NCBI RefSeq assembly: GCF_006345805.1
Contig: NC_043006.1
Location: 31,248,001-31,312,000 of the forward strand
Source: Octopus sinensis
Taxonomy: Eukaryota
Direction: 5' to 3'
Length of the DNA: 64,000 nucleotides
How positions within the stretch are numbered: the first letter of the stretch is position 1; each line of letters opens with the position of its first letter. A program made the translations under genes and the position numbers. The notes beneath the pieces were generated by a model. It saw nothing but the letters and a program-made list of their open reading frames with translations. It did no database searches and was not told the origin of the DNA. Of this stretch, positions 1-12,759 are shown piece by piece.

Positions 1-175
1 GGGGAAAAATAAAACGTCGAATAAAGATAAAATAAAAGTACAATAAACATTAAAAATATTTCTAAAAGCTTCAACAATAATGACGGTTATGAGCTTATTG
101 CTCGTAAAAAAAAAATCCATCTTATTTTCGGGACTAGGTCGCTCAATGGTTATCTGCAGCCGTTAGTTTATATCT

Positions 176-1440
176 TTATACTTTTTTGTTTTTGGTCTCG
201 CAGATCTCACCCCAATCAAATTCAACCTTTCTCAGTTGTGCCAACGGTTCTTCTCTTTTCAATGCAGGAATTAATTTCCATCGATTCAGATGAGTGCAAG
301 TCAAAGAACTTTGTAGTGCGTTGTGATATCCCTCGAAATGGTTATTAGTATGAGGCATACCTGATTCTGTTCTAAAACCGACATTCCAACTATCAATGGG
401 AAACAAAGGAGGAGTTCTTCGTTGTCTAATTCCTCTACATCGCACGCATCCTATGAACCATAATTCAAAGTAGAACACAAGTTCTTGCGGAAGATCGCCA
501 TCATCTACAAGATCTTTGAATCCGTCAATCACATCATCGAGAGGAAGAAAAGCCAACGCTGAAAAACATTTGATTTTAATGCTAAATTCATTATCATAAT
601 GGTATCTCCTTAAAGTCAAATTCACATACTTTTCTGTACATATTGGAAGCTCTAGGATACACAGATAAAATGCTATTAATGTGAGCTTTTTCAAAACCCA
701 TCATAACATTTTTAGGGCTCAGCCCTTGACATAATTCATTTATCTTATTAAAAAGGCTGACGTAAGTTTTTTGATTTTTGTTTGGAAGTAATGCAAACAA
801 TCGTGGAACACAGAATGGACCCACTTGAATATAAAGCATGTACAACTGATGAAATATAGTTGGGGAGCACTTCAAAGTTCCATCACCTGTCCAGTGTTTT
901 ACATTCACTCAGTCATCAAGTCCTTTATCAGCTGGAAAGACGAATAATCTGTCTACATCAGTTTCACTACTATCAAACTGCCAGAAAAGTTCGCCATTAT
1001 CTAAGAACTTGTATTCATCGGGTATCTCATAACCAAATCCACTCTGAGGGATTGGAGGGGCACTTGCTTTTGCTTGACACCAGTTCCTTATATTGCGAGT
1101 TATACACGAAGTCGAGGGCAGCATGTGAGACTTTTCATTTTCATCAAGCTTTTCACAAACAGTCGCAATTAATGAACGAGAAGATTCCTGGCAAGCAGCT
1201 GCTTGTGCCTTCAAGTCCGCTAAAGTTTTGCGAACTTTGGGTTTTGAAGCACACGAATTACGATGATGTCCACCAATGTGCTTAATTATGGTATAATTTT
1301 CATGGTGTGGATTCGAGCATTACAGGAACCAATTTCGCATCTCCAGTAAGTCGTAGATCCATCTGCATTTTGTTTCTGTGCTTCATATATGTAATTCATG
1401 CTATTCACAAGTTTCTTCCTTCCGCAGATACTGTTAAAAA
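176..1440 (-). mobile_element. Decayed FLYWCH-MULE (Mutator/Phantom-like) transposase, split over several frames
   Basis: FLYWCH-like segment (YIY...TTYWRCEIGSCNARIHT, ~1290-1420). MULE core WTGDGTLKCSPTIFHQLY...ALLPNKNQKTY in ORF 594-908. C-terminal ALAFLP...YFELWFIG...PPLFPIDSWNV...HTNNHFEGYH in ORF 176-694. Stops and frameshifts lie between the pieces. Confidence 0.85.
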
Positions 1441-1586
1441 CGGGAGGTACGGTGTATGCAGAGTTCCTTTTTAAGTAACGAATGATGTGGCGAAGAGTCA
1501 CGGGTAAAGCTGTAAGCTCTTTAAATAAAACACCCGAATGGATGACTGAAATGATACTCTCCGATAACTGAATTACTCTGTAAATC

Positions 1587-1727
1587 ATTATCATCATCAT
1601 CATCGTCGTCGTCGTCGTCATCATCATCATCATGGTCATCATCATTATCATCATCATCGTCATCATCGTCGTCGTCATAGTCTTCATCATCATCATCATC
1701 ATCATCATCAACAACAACAACAACAAC
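1587..1727 (+). repeat. (ATC/GTC/AAC)n compound microsatellite
   Basis: Directly visible; creates the spurious poly-Met start of ORF 1286-1726. Confidence 0.95.
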
Positions 1728-1752
1728 GAATTGTTTTTTTTCTATAATTTTA

Positions 1753-1848
1753 GGGGTGAAATTACCAGGAGTGAAACTGATTGACAGTCAAATTACCAGG
1801 GGTCAGATTACCGGAGTCAAAATATCGGGAGTGAAATTACCTAGAATC
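1753..1848. repeat. Short tandem array (~14-16 bp, GGAGTGAAATTACC-like); probable subterminal repeats of the adjacent MULE
   Basis: About six degenerate units (ggggtgaaattacca, ggagtgaaactgatt, gacagtcaaattacca, ggggtcagattacc, ggagtcaaaatatc, gggagtgaaattacc) upstream of the transposase. Confidence 0.6.
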
Positions 1849-2899
1849 AGTGAGACTTGATTATTTGGTAACACTTCAAGTCAGTTATTCTTCATTTCAT
1901 ACGATTATATCGAAAGTGCTTCCTCATTCCTAAACTTATACAAAACTTACCATTAGTCGTATCAGAAAAATGAATTTAGGAGTGGGTTGTTTGTCAAAGG
2001 ACTTTTGAATCGCTAAAGCATTTGCTTGTTTATGAATATTTGTATGCGTATGTGTATGACTAATGCATCAGTTAAAGCAAGTATTACGTAATGGATGCAT
2101 CTCCTGTTATACGTTATGCAAACCTGAAATATTTGACTTCGTTATCACAACTTATACGACTCGATGTCAGGTCTTGACTCCACTTATGCGGAGAGTCTAA
2201 CAATGATTTCGAGTAGTTTGTTATATTTGACTAGAGTCGAAAATATTCTGGTACTGTGCGCTTCTTCTCAGCGTAACATGAAATATATTTATAATGAAGT
2301 ACTCAAGCCCTTCTCTCCCAATGGAGCAAAAACCTCGGGCAACTTTTCTCTTCTGTTTTCCACTCTGGCTCCTCTTTTCCTCTGCCTGTCCACCTTTGTC
2401 TTCATAACCCGACCCATGTGTTTCTCCGAGGGAAGGCTTTTCTCTTTCAGCTGTTGTTGGATTTTCAAGTTTCGAATTATCATCCATGCTTCTGCAACTT
2501 TGCTTTTATTTCTAGATAGGGTTGCTGCTCCTACGTAAACCCATTTTTAACATTTAGGAAGAGATGATTCATATTAATTCGGCCTCTATCCTTTGGCTTA
2601 CCCAACATCGAAGACCCTACCTGGAGCTTCCGCTCGGTTGGCAAAGTTCTCAGAGTCATTGAGACACACAAATCACCACACGCGACGAGGACTGTATTTC
2701 ACTTTTATTAATTTTTTTTACCAATGTTTCATTGCCACTATTATTCTCTTTCAAATAAATAAATAAAAGCAAATTTTGTCGGAATAAAGTAAAAAATAAT
2801 AAAGCCCTTGGAATTTTCTCGGAACTCATTACAGTTTTTCAATAAAATTGAAAAAAATTAGGAATATAAAGTCAAATTTCACGAAACAAGAAAGGTAAA

Positions 2900-4170
2900 A
2901 AATCTAATTACAACAAAATACTGAAATTACGATTAAAGAAGCCGATAAAGGTAATGCTGTTGTTACCATGGCTACAAAGTAGTTCAAAGAACTGACGCTT
3001 GAAACGTTAATTGTAAACAAAGAAAAGTAATGAGAAGATCGCCTGGTTTTACCGAATAAATACCGCAAATGTTTGACCTCCATCCTCTAAGGAATTTCAC
3101 TTTAAACGCAATTTCAGATACAAAACTAACAATTTCTTTTGTCTACCGACATTTCATAAAAGTAAAGCTATAAGTGTTCATTGTAAAACTCTAAATCTGA
3201 GTATACCAAAATACCATCTGCAGATGATTTGAAACTGAGACCAATTGTAACATCTCTGCATGCGAAACATACAGGCTAAACAATTCTCTGACCATCTTGC
3301 GAAAACCTTTCTTAAAACACAAAGTTTTATTCGAGACGATTTGGATTTACTTAATCACTACTTACCAGACACAGTAAATCATTATTGTTTTTTTATGATG
3401 TTATTAATCTATGTACCAATATTCCCCATAAAGGAATCAATGCAATAAAATATTGGTTAGACATTCTAATCATGAGCAAATATGGAAACAGTGAAGTAGA
3501 TATATCCTCTACCGACCCACGAATTCTAAACAGTACCTTCTTTTCACATCCTTTTACCTTAAACATATAAAAGCAAATGTTCCTTTCAACTTAGGGAAAA
3601 GGATTTTCACAGTTGTTTCAAACATTACAATATATGATCAGAGACTAAGAGTGAAATAATTACGAATTCAAAGAACGTCTCCATTCAATTTCATTGATTA
3701 GGAAGGACAAAATGTTTAGTTTCTCATGATCTCAGAAAAATAAAAAGTAAAGCACTCAGGTCAATGTTTTAACTTATGTCTGTACTTTTCATCTCTAAAA
3801 TAGTGAAATATTTAACAAAGCAACATACTTATTCTGCTTGAAAAAAGCCAATCAATTTACTATAGAAATCAGAAAGCAACTGGAGACTTTGATGTAGATT
3901 CTCGTTTCGGTAAAGGATTTGAAACAAACGGCCGGCCTCATGTTTGAAAAATGTGGTCGACCAAATCATGGTACGTATCTGTATTTAATTGCAGACTCGG
4001 GATTCCAATTGAAGAATGGACAAATCTTCAAAATAAAATAAAATTTCACTTGTAACTCCCAAAACTTAATTTATGGCGTAACGTGTTGGGGACAGATGGA
4101 ATTATCGCTTCACAGATGATTGATGGTGCACAAGCAACAAATAAATAATGAAAAAAGGAAAGGAAACAAT
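2900..4170 (+). mobile_element. Decayed Penelope-like element (RT and GIY-YIG remnants)
   Basis: Manual translation: ITIKEADKGNAVVTM (~2925), LKLRPIVTS, FYDVINLCTNIPH (PLE RT motifs), and NFTCNSQNLIYGVTC (~4045-4090, GIY-YIG N-terminal motif). Many stops. Confidence 0.7.
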
Positions 4171-4380
4171 AAACAGGAAAATCCTGTTAAGCGGACATAT
4201 AGCAACATGTGCCGGACTAAAATCGACAATATTTTAACATATTTCCATTTTACAAATCCTCGTTAGGACGAAATAACGATGAATAAAGAAAGACAATATA
4301 TTATGAAACATGAAATGAAGCCTGCTTCAAGACAAACAACTTGTATTGACTTTAGGGCAATTCGGAAGCACATACATAGA

Positions 4381-4539
<159 letters not shown>

Positions 4540-4706
4540 GTTGAAATATTGTTTATACATGGGAGGACGATTTGGCCAAGCAAATTGGGTGAAAATGGAA
4601 AAGAATGGTGCAGTCAAGACGGAATTGGAAGTGCATTGTGACCAGCAGTGTGTAACAACATTTAATAGGCTGGTCAATACTGTGACACACACACACACAC
4701 ACACAT

Positions 4707-4860
4707 ATGCGACAGACTTCTTTCAGTTTTCGTCTACCAAATCCACTCACAAGGCTTCGGTCACTCCGAGACTATTGCAGAAGACACCCAAGGTGGCAGG
4801 CAAACCTGAAAGCATGTGATTGGAGGCAAGCTTCTTACCACACAGCCACGCCTTCGCCTA
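4707..4860 (-). mobile_element. SINE family A, 5' half
   Basis: Matches other copies in the window (ttctttcagttttcgtctaccaaatccactcacaagg...cttcttaccacacagccac). Confidence 0.8.
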
Positions 4861-5222
4861 CATACATACATGCATGCCTGCATGTATGTATGTATGTATG
4901 TATGTATGTATGTATGTATGTATGTATGTATGTATGTATGTGTGTGTATGTATGCATGCATGTATGCATGTATGTATGTATGTATGTATGTATGTATGTA
5001 TGTATGAGTGTGTGCCATGCATGTTTGTATGTATGTATATATGTATGTATATATGTGTGTGTATGTATGTATGCATCTATGTATGTGTGTGTATGTATGT
5101 ATGTATGTATGTATGTATGTATGTTGTATGTATGTATGTACGTGTGCCATGTATGTATGTATGTATGTATGTATGTATGTATGTATGTATGTACGTGTGC
5201 CATGTATGTATGTATGTATGTG
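4857..5222 (+). repeat. (TATG)n compound microsatellite
   Basis: Directly visible. Confidence 0.97.
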
Positions 5223-5326
5223 TTTGACTCTTCAGAGAGGGAAAGCTTCAACTTAATGCTGGAGCATATTTATTCGTCGGAAGCCAATTACTTTCTGTCA
5301 TTCTTCCCAGTTTTTCTTTTCGTGTT

Positions 5327-5359
<33 letters not shown>

Positions 5360-5469
5360 TTTTCTGCGACAAAAAGAATAATTTAAAAATTTTTTGTCAT
5401 CGTCTGAAGAATTTCACAGAGCGAAAAGGTTTGAGTATGAAGGAAAGAGCAATAATCAGTTTGGCACTA

Positions 5470-5854
5470 GTACACGCGCACGCATACACAAACTTACTCT
5501 CTCTCTCTCACACACGCACACGCACGCACGCACGCGTGTGTGCACATACACACACACACACACACTCACTCACTCACTCACTTCCTCTCTCTCTCTCGCA
5601 TACAAAAATGCACAAACATACGCACAAACACCTATATGCATACACGCATACACGCGCGCGAACACACTCACACACTTACATACATAGACGCGCATACGCA
5701 CGCACAAACGCGCGCGCACACACACGCACGCACATACATTCCTCCCTTTTTCTTATACACACACATGTAATTGTGTGAGTGTGTGTGTGTGTGCAAGACA
5801 CTCGTTACATGTGTATTCATGTAACCATGTGTGTGTGTATGTGTGCGATGAACC

Positions 5855-5893
<39 letters not shown>

Positions 5894-5918
5894 ACTCATA
5901 GACACATATGCACACATA

Positions 5919-5952
<34 letters not shown>

Positions 5953-6115
5953 ATATTCGCTTCTTGCATATACATACACATATATATATATATATACATA
6001 TATTTATGTGTGTATGTGTGTTAATCCTTTCCTCCCCCTCTCTCTCTCCCGTTTACGACAAAACTTTTCGTTGTTTTCGTATTCTTTATTGTCCTCCTTT
6101 CACACACACACACAC

Positions 6116-6159
<44 letters not shown>

Positions 6160-6620
6160 CACACATCCATTCAACTCGTTTCCCCCATTTCTGCCTTCTT
6201 TACCTCCCTCCCTCCCTCTCTCTCATTCTTCTTCCTTCTCTCACACTCTCCCTCCCCTCCCTCACTCTTACTCTCACGTTCTCTCTCGCCCTTTCTCTAA
6301 TTTTATTTTGCTATCGACTGTGATTATTTCTAGAACTTTCAACACAGATCTGTTTCCAGCTTCACACACACACACACTTGTGCACATGAGTACACTCTCA
6401 CCCCCACCCCCACCCCACACATATCTCATACATACACATATATTCAGAGACACATATACACACGAATGCACACAAGCTCACCTACGCACATGTGTACAAA
6501 CACACACCCGCTCACACACTCAGACACACTTTCGCAGCATTGCACACAAGCTCACCTGCACACACACACCACAAACACACTCACACACACACACACGTCT
6601 CCACCCCATCCTCTTTCATT
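5470..6620. repeat. Degenerate CA/CT/TG microsatellite mosaic
   Basis: Directly visible low-complexity block. Confidence 0.9.
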
Positions 6621-7845
6621 TTATCTCACCCTCCCGTCCTCAATATTGTATCACTATAATTTTCTTTCATTAATTTTCGTTATTTCGTAATTTTCTTCAA
6701 ATTTTTCTTCAAAATTTTCCGCCAACTTCAAACATATCCCCGCACACACACACACACACACAGAGTGATTCAAAGACATACACATGAACACTTTCTCTTT
6801 CCAGTTCTTATTTCTTTCCTCTCTTTTCTAAAAATCAATTTTACATGTAAGAAATCAATGCCTTTTCTCTCTCGCTTTCTCTCGCCCCGTTTTCCCATCC
6901 CCTGCTCCCTCTACCGTTTGTCGCACTGCCATTCCCAACCTGCAATTGTTGCCTCCAGTTTGCCCCACCCTACTGTCGTTTTGCCGTTAAATCCCGACTC
7001 AAAAATGACACGGCCACGTGCCATTTGCATTCGAACACGCGTCGGCGGCAGAACCAGCCGGAAATAAACGCAACCACCAAAGAAAGAAATCAACATTAGA
7101 TCCCACCGCCACTTCATCTCACCTCCCCGCTAACCAATAAAACAAAACAAAATATAATAATTTCAGAGAAAAAGGAAGAAATAAAGCGAATGATGCATTG
7201 AATAAACAAATAAATAACAAAGAGAGAAAACAAGCGCGAAACAAAACAAAAGAACAAAACATTATATAAATAAAAAGAACGAAAAATTAAAAGAAAGCGG
7301 CCGTTGGAAATGAAACAAAATAAACGTTTTGGATCTAAGTAAAATAAGTTAAAAATTCAGCAGTGTGGTTAAGCGAAGGTGTTGTGTAATATTATGGACT
7401 GTAGCTAGTCAGAAGATGCCGACAGAACACTGGTCGGAGAGCTGCCATAGTTGTCGTCTGCTGTTTGAATGTCTGCTGTTGTTGTTCTCACTGGTGTTCT
7501 GTTGTCTGCGTTCATTTGACTGCTTATTATTTGCTTGTTTGTTCATTTGTCTGCGGTTTATTTCACTGGTTTATCATTTGTCTGCGGTCTCTTTGATTGG
7601 TTTTGATTGGTTTTGTTCTAGTGATCATTTCACGGGGGCTAATTTGCCTGCGGATCATTTCTCTGAGGTTAATTTGTCCCGCGGCTGGAGGGCGGTCCTT
7701 CGCTTGCGGTTCAAGTTTTCATATTTTGTTGTCCATTTATCTTGCGATTATTTGTCTCCGTTTGTAAACGATCATGTTGCATAACTTTTGATGGTTATGT
7801 CTGTTAAATAATATTTTATATTGCTTTGTATATTATAGCTGATTC

Positions 7846-8230
<385 letters not shown>

Positions 8231-8235
8231 TATAT

Positions 8236-8615
8236 AACCCCATGGTTCCGGGTTCAGTCCCATTGCGTGGCACATTGGCAAGTGTCTTCTACTATAGCCT
8301 CGGGCCGACCAAAGCCTTGTGAGTGGATTTAGTAGACGGAAACAAGAAGAAGCATGTCGTGTGTGTGTATATATATATATACATATACATGTGTGTATGT
8401 ATGTTTGTGTTTCTGTGTTTTTTCTCCCAACATCGCTTGACAATCAATGCTGGTGTGTTTACGTCCCGGTAATCCACCAGTTCAGCAAAAGGGACCGATA
8501 GAATAAGTACTAGGCTTACAAAGAATAAGTTCTGGGGGCGATTTGCTCGACTAAAGGCAGTGCTCCAGCATGGCCGCAGTCAAATGACTGAAATAAATAA
8601 AAGAATAAAATAAAA
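8236..8615 (+). mobile_element. SINE family A (near full length, internal microsatellite)
   Basis: tRNA-like B box (ggttcagtccc), body shared with many copies, internal (TG)/(TA) tract, tail ...gcatggccgcagtcaaatgactgaaa + (AATAA)n. Confidence 0.85.
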
Positions 8616-8621
8616 TATATT

Positions 8622-8685
<64 letters not shown>

Positions 8686-9154
8686 AAATTAAACAAAAAC
8701 ACAACAAATGGAAAATTTTGCAAAAACATAACAGAAAATTCGTAGCTTATTCCTCATCAGTCCACGTCCAAAATATCATTACAATTTTGCGCCTTTAACG
8801 TTGATATTATTTACTTTTAGTGGCTCCAGTGGCGAAAAGCTACTGGGAATAGCTAACGAATGTGCATGACAATGACAAAAACAAACATAAAATAAAATAT
8901 ACATATACACCAAAAAATTGTGCTGCAGCAAGACAGACTGACATGGGATAATGCAAGAGGAAATGAAAATGTCCTGTAGAGAAAGACAGAGAGAAAGTCA
9001 CAATGAAGGAAGAAGTAAAGTATTAGAGATGGAAAGAAAGAGAAAAAGAAAGGGAGGAAGGCAAAAGCGAGGAAACGATATATATATAAAACGAAGACAG
9101 GTGTGTAAACAACAAACAGGTGTATTAATTTAACGCTCAGGAAGGTGAGAAAAT

Positions 9155-9190
9155 CTTTTACGTTTCGAGCCTGCGCTCTTCAACAGAAAG
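9155..9190 (-). ncRNA. Minimal type I hammerhead motif, family H1, with A6U core change
   Basis: Minus strand: CUUU-CUGUUGA-A-GAGC(GCAG)GCUC-GAAACGUA/AAAG. Stem I CUUU:AAAG; stem II 4 bp. Confidence 0.6.
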
Positions 9191-9362
9191 GAACATGAGA
9201 AAATAAACAGAGATTGAATAAAAAGAGAAAGCTTTAGTAGCTAGCGGTCAATCATACATATACATGCATACATACATACATACATACATACATACATACA
9301 TACATACATACATACATACATACATACATACATCCATACATACATACATACATACATACATT

Positions 9363-10342
9363 ATGGCTGCCCCATGTTATCGAGTATGGCCATTGCACGA
9401 AGCTTAACTGTTACTGGTGCTGTGATCGAATGTAACTTTTTAGCCCAGCTAAAGATCTACAATGTCTTGTACAATATTGACAACTAAAACCTTTACTGGT
9501 AATAGCCGGCTGTAGTTGTAACTGGGCTTCATGTACCTTTGCATGTCGTTTAAGTCCTCCTGCCGAATTACACTCTCTTCCACATGCCTGACAGATATGA
9601 TTAGTATGGTGTGTTACACCACCACCAGTGGCCAAGTTGTCACTCATCTGTCTCGTTTTATGACTACGAAGATGACTCATGAGTCCAGCTTTACTGAGGC
9701 AAGGTCTTGCACAGACATTGCATGTCAGAATCAAAGGAAGACCCTTCCCTTCTGGAAGTGTAACAGCGATGCCCTTCCTGACATCCCTCCTTACTTTCTC
9801 ATGTGCAACTCGAGATTTCTCAAACGTGGCAGTCCCCTCATGCACAATCCTTCTCCACCTGCTACGATCAATAGCTATGCCTTCCCATGTATCAGGAGAG
9901 ATGCAAGCATCTCCTAAGGAAGCCTTCAGCAAGTCCTTAAACCTCTTTCTTGGTTTATGTGGAGGTCGTTCTCCTTTAGCTAACTCCCCATAAAAGCGTT
10001 GTTTTGGCATCCTTGGATCCTTCATTCTGACCAGATGACCACTCCATCTGAGCCTTTGCTTTAACACAAGAGCTTCTATACTTTCACACCGAGAGTCTTC
10101 GAGTATTTCAAGATCACTGATGCGGTCCTTCCACTTAATACCATAGATCCGTCTGAGGCACATCTGATGGAAACGTTCCAGTTGTTTAAGGTGGTATCGA
10201 TATGTGACCCACGTCTCGCCTTGTACACCTTTATCTTTGTCTTTCTGCATATGTCTCGCCAACTCCAGAAGCGCTTTTCTAGCCTTCCGAAAGCAACACT
10301 TGCTTTCCTAATTCTATATGGAATTTCATCATCCACATTGCC
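9363..10342 (-). mobile_element. 5'-truncated RTE (BovB-like) LINE; ORF2 C-terminus with three C2H2-like fingers
   Basis: ORF 9411-10262 (LERFHQMCLRRI...LRWSGHLVRM...PKQRFYGEL...RKRFKD) plus the upstream frame DDEIPYRIRKASVAFGRL; both ends abut (TACA)n. Confidence 0.92.
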
Positions 10343-10430
10343 ATACATACATACATACATACATACATACATACATACATACATACATACATACATACAT
10401 ACATACTTGCGTGTATACATACACTGTGAA

Positions 10431-10751
10431 GGCGCATGGCTCAGTGGTTAGAGCGTCGAGCTTACGATCGTGAGGTTGTGAGTTCAAAACCCGGGCTGCA
10501 TGTTGTGTTCTTGAGCAAGACACTTAATTTCACATTGCTCCTTTTCACTCAGCTGTAGAAATGAGTTGCGACGTCACAGGTGCCAAGCTGTATCAGCCTT
10601 TGCCTTTCCCTTGAATAACACTGGTGGCGTGGAGAGGGGAGGCTGGTATGCATGGGCGACTGCTGGTCTTCCATAAACAACTTTTCCTGGACTTGTGCCT
10701 GGGAGGGTGACTTTCGAGGTGCAATCCCATGGTCAGTCATAACCGAAAGGT
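10431..10751 (+). mobile_element. SINE family C (tRNA-derived)
   Basis: A box TGGCTCAGTGG (10437-10447) and B box GAGTTCAAAAC (10480-10490); related partial copy at ~26050-26245 on the minus strand. Confidence 0.85.
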
Positions 10752-10859
10752 GTATCAGCGATACATATATACACGCATACACACATACATACATATATAC
10801 ATACAGGCATACGTTCATACATACATGCATGCATGTATGCATGCATGATGGCCGTCTAC

Positions 10860-10980
10860 TCGTTAGACGAACATGACTATTGCTGTTAAGTGTGTCATCA
10901 ACGGCTGTGCAAAAGTTTTAAGTCGAGTGCGGTTTTATAAAATCACAACGACTCTCACCAGCAATATCAAGAAACTCACA
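10860..10980 (+). pseudogene. Possible decayed RTE C-terminal zinc finger
   Basis: Manual translation C*VCHQRLCKSFKSSAVL*NHNDSH resembles the fingers of ORF 9411-10262; contains stops. Confidence 0.35.
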
Positions 10981-12759
10981 GACTAGCAAAGTTCAAGATA
11001 TCCGGCACGGTAGAGCAGCAGGTTTTATATACGAGTTAATCTTCTCCTAGTGAGATTCCTTCACAAAGATCAGGGATCCCTCATTCAAAGATCAGGGATC
11101 CTTCATTCCCATTTGACTTACTGCACCCTCGGACTCCAACTCGAGTATTTCTACGCCTCAACCCTCATATGCTGAAACCTTAACGAGTGTTCCTACCCTG
11201 GGAACAGTAGTGGCCAAAGGGTGGTTCCACATTCCTCAAACTATGGAACTCCTGAACCAGAGTCCCACGGCCGGATGCAGTTTAAAGCCCAACTTAGGGC
11301 ACAGAGGAACGGTATGTGTGGATGCGCGCGTGCATACATACATACATACATACATACATACATACATACATACATACATACATACACACAGACACACGCA
11401 CACATCTTATAATAATTTTGATTGACATTGCGTAACTTAGCAATGTCGTGTTCACGTGATTAGAGAAAAGGAGGTAGAAAGAAAAGAGGGGAGAGAAAAA
11501 AAGGGAGAGCGAAAAGAGGGAGAGAGAAGCATCCATGACATGAGGTAGAGGGAATGTAATTGTAACGCTTTCACGTGATTAGTCGAAGGGGAAGAGAGGA
11601 GAAAGAAAAAGGAGAGAGGATAAGAGGATAAGGCGAAGAGTGAGACAGAAAGAGAGAGAAGGAAAATGAAAGAGAGAGAGAGAGGGGGAAGAGAGAGTGA
11701 GAGAGAGAGAGAGAGAAGCGTTCATGACGTGAGGTAGGGGGGATGTAATAATTTTAGCAGGGGGGTGATGCTCTGATGGTGAGGTTAAAGAAAGGCACAG
11801 AAAGAGGAGAGAGAGAGAGAGAAAAAAAGGGAGAGAAATAGGGGAGAGAGATGAGGGAGAGGCAGAGGGGAAAAGAGAGATGATGACAGCGGTGGTGGAG
11901 ATGGAGGTGGTGGTGGTGGAGGCGGTGGTGATTGGATAGTGAAAAGTGTATTTTTTAAATATTGAACTAAGTTTTTTATATCACTTAACGCATGCGCATA
12001 AGTGCAATTCCGTGAAATATTGACGCTTATTTACGTGGCAGATATATGCAATTTAAGTAAAGGTTGTATCATATGTACTGGGTATTTTTTTTGTTTATGG
12101 GGAAAATGGAAAAATAAGAGTGAATGTTTATTTTATGAGTGTTGTGTGTTAAGCCTATACAATTGTGTATAAATACATGAAGTGCATTAAGTAATCATAG
12201 AATTCCAATTTCTTTCATTTTGCAATGAGTTGCAGATGAGTGACTATCTTTCCATACAGACACATATATATGCATACGTGTACACACACGCACATATGCG
12301 TATAAGTATATTTTTATAGAAACAAATACATGAATATATATAGACACATATGTGTATGTGTGTGAGTGTGTGTGTTTGTGTCTGTATGCGTGCGAACGCA
12401 CGCTTATATCTGGGAATTCTTGGGTGAACTTTCTCGACCTCTTTATCTTTCCCCGAGTTTCAAGTTGTAAGAGTTTTCGCTTTCATTAAATATTTAAATC
12501 TTTCTGGTATTCATACGTGTTGTTATTTTGAGTAGACCTATGACGAAAACTTCATCAGTGAATCTTCTTCACGTCTCTTAGTTTCAACTGCAGTTCTTCC
12601 AGGATGATATCATCCCATGTGGCACCCTTTAAAAATAAACTTTAGTGTTATCTAAAAGAGATGTGGCTACTATTTCTAACAAGCTGCTTCTTAGAAAATT
12701 ATATTATCTGTTTCTTTTTTCTGTGTCGTGTTTACGTGTCATTTAATATTTTATTATTT

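Noticed and set aside
2164-2538. Overlapping short ORFs on both strands
   Set aside because: Only vague integrase-like resemblance; insufficient support.
2580-2700. Possible RTE 5'-UTR / HDV-like ribozyme remnant
   Set aside because: Resembles RTE 5' ends from memory, but I could not fold it into the HDV double pseudoknot and no RTE ORF follows; an Infernal search would decide.
5395-5435. CUGAAGA...GAAA hammerhead-like spacing
   Set aside because: Stems I, II and III do not pair convincingly.
6911-7117. 68-aa ORF as a host exon
   Set aside because: No recognisable domain or clear splice context; treated only as a candidate regulatory island.
8725-8770. CUGAUGA on the minus strand
   Set aside because: Stem II has only one pair, and GAAA/stem III are decayed.
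10431-10495. tRNA gene
   Set aside because: A and B boxes are present but continue into a SINE body; no acceptor stem or cloverleaf could be closed. The same applies to the other SINE heads.
12520-12570. CUGAUGA on the minus strand downstream of the PLE remnant
   Set aside because: No stem II-GAAA arrangement at a suitable distance.
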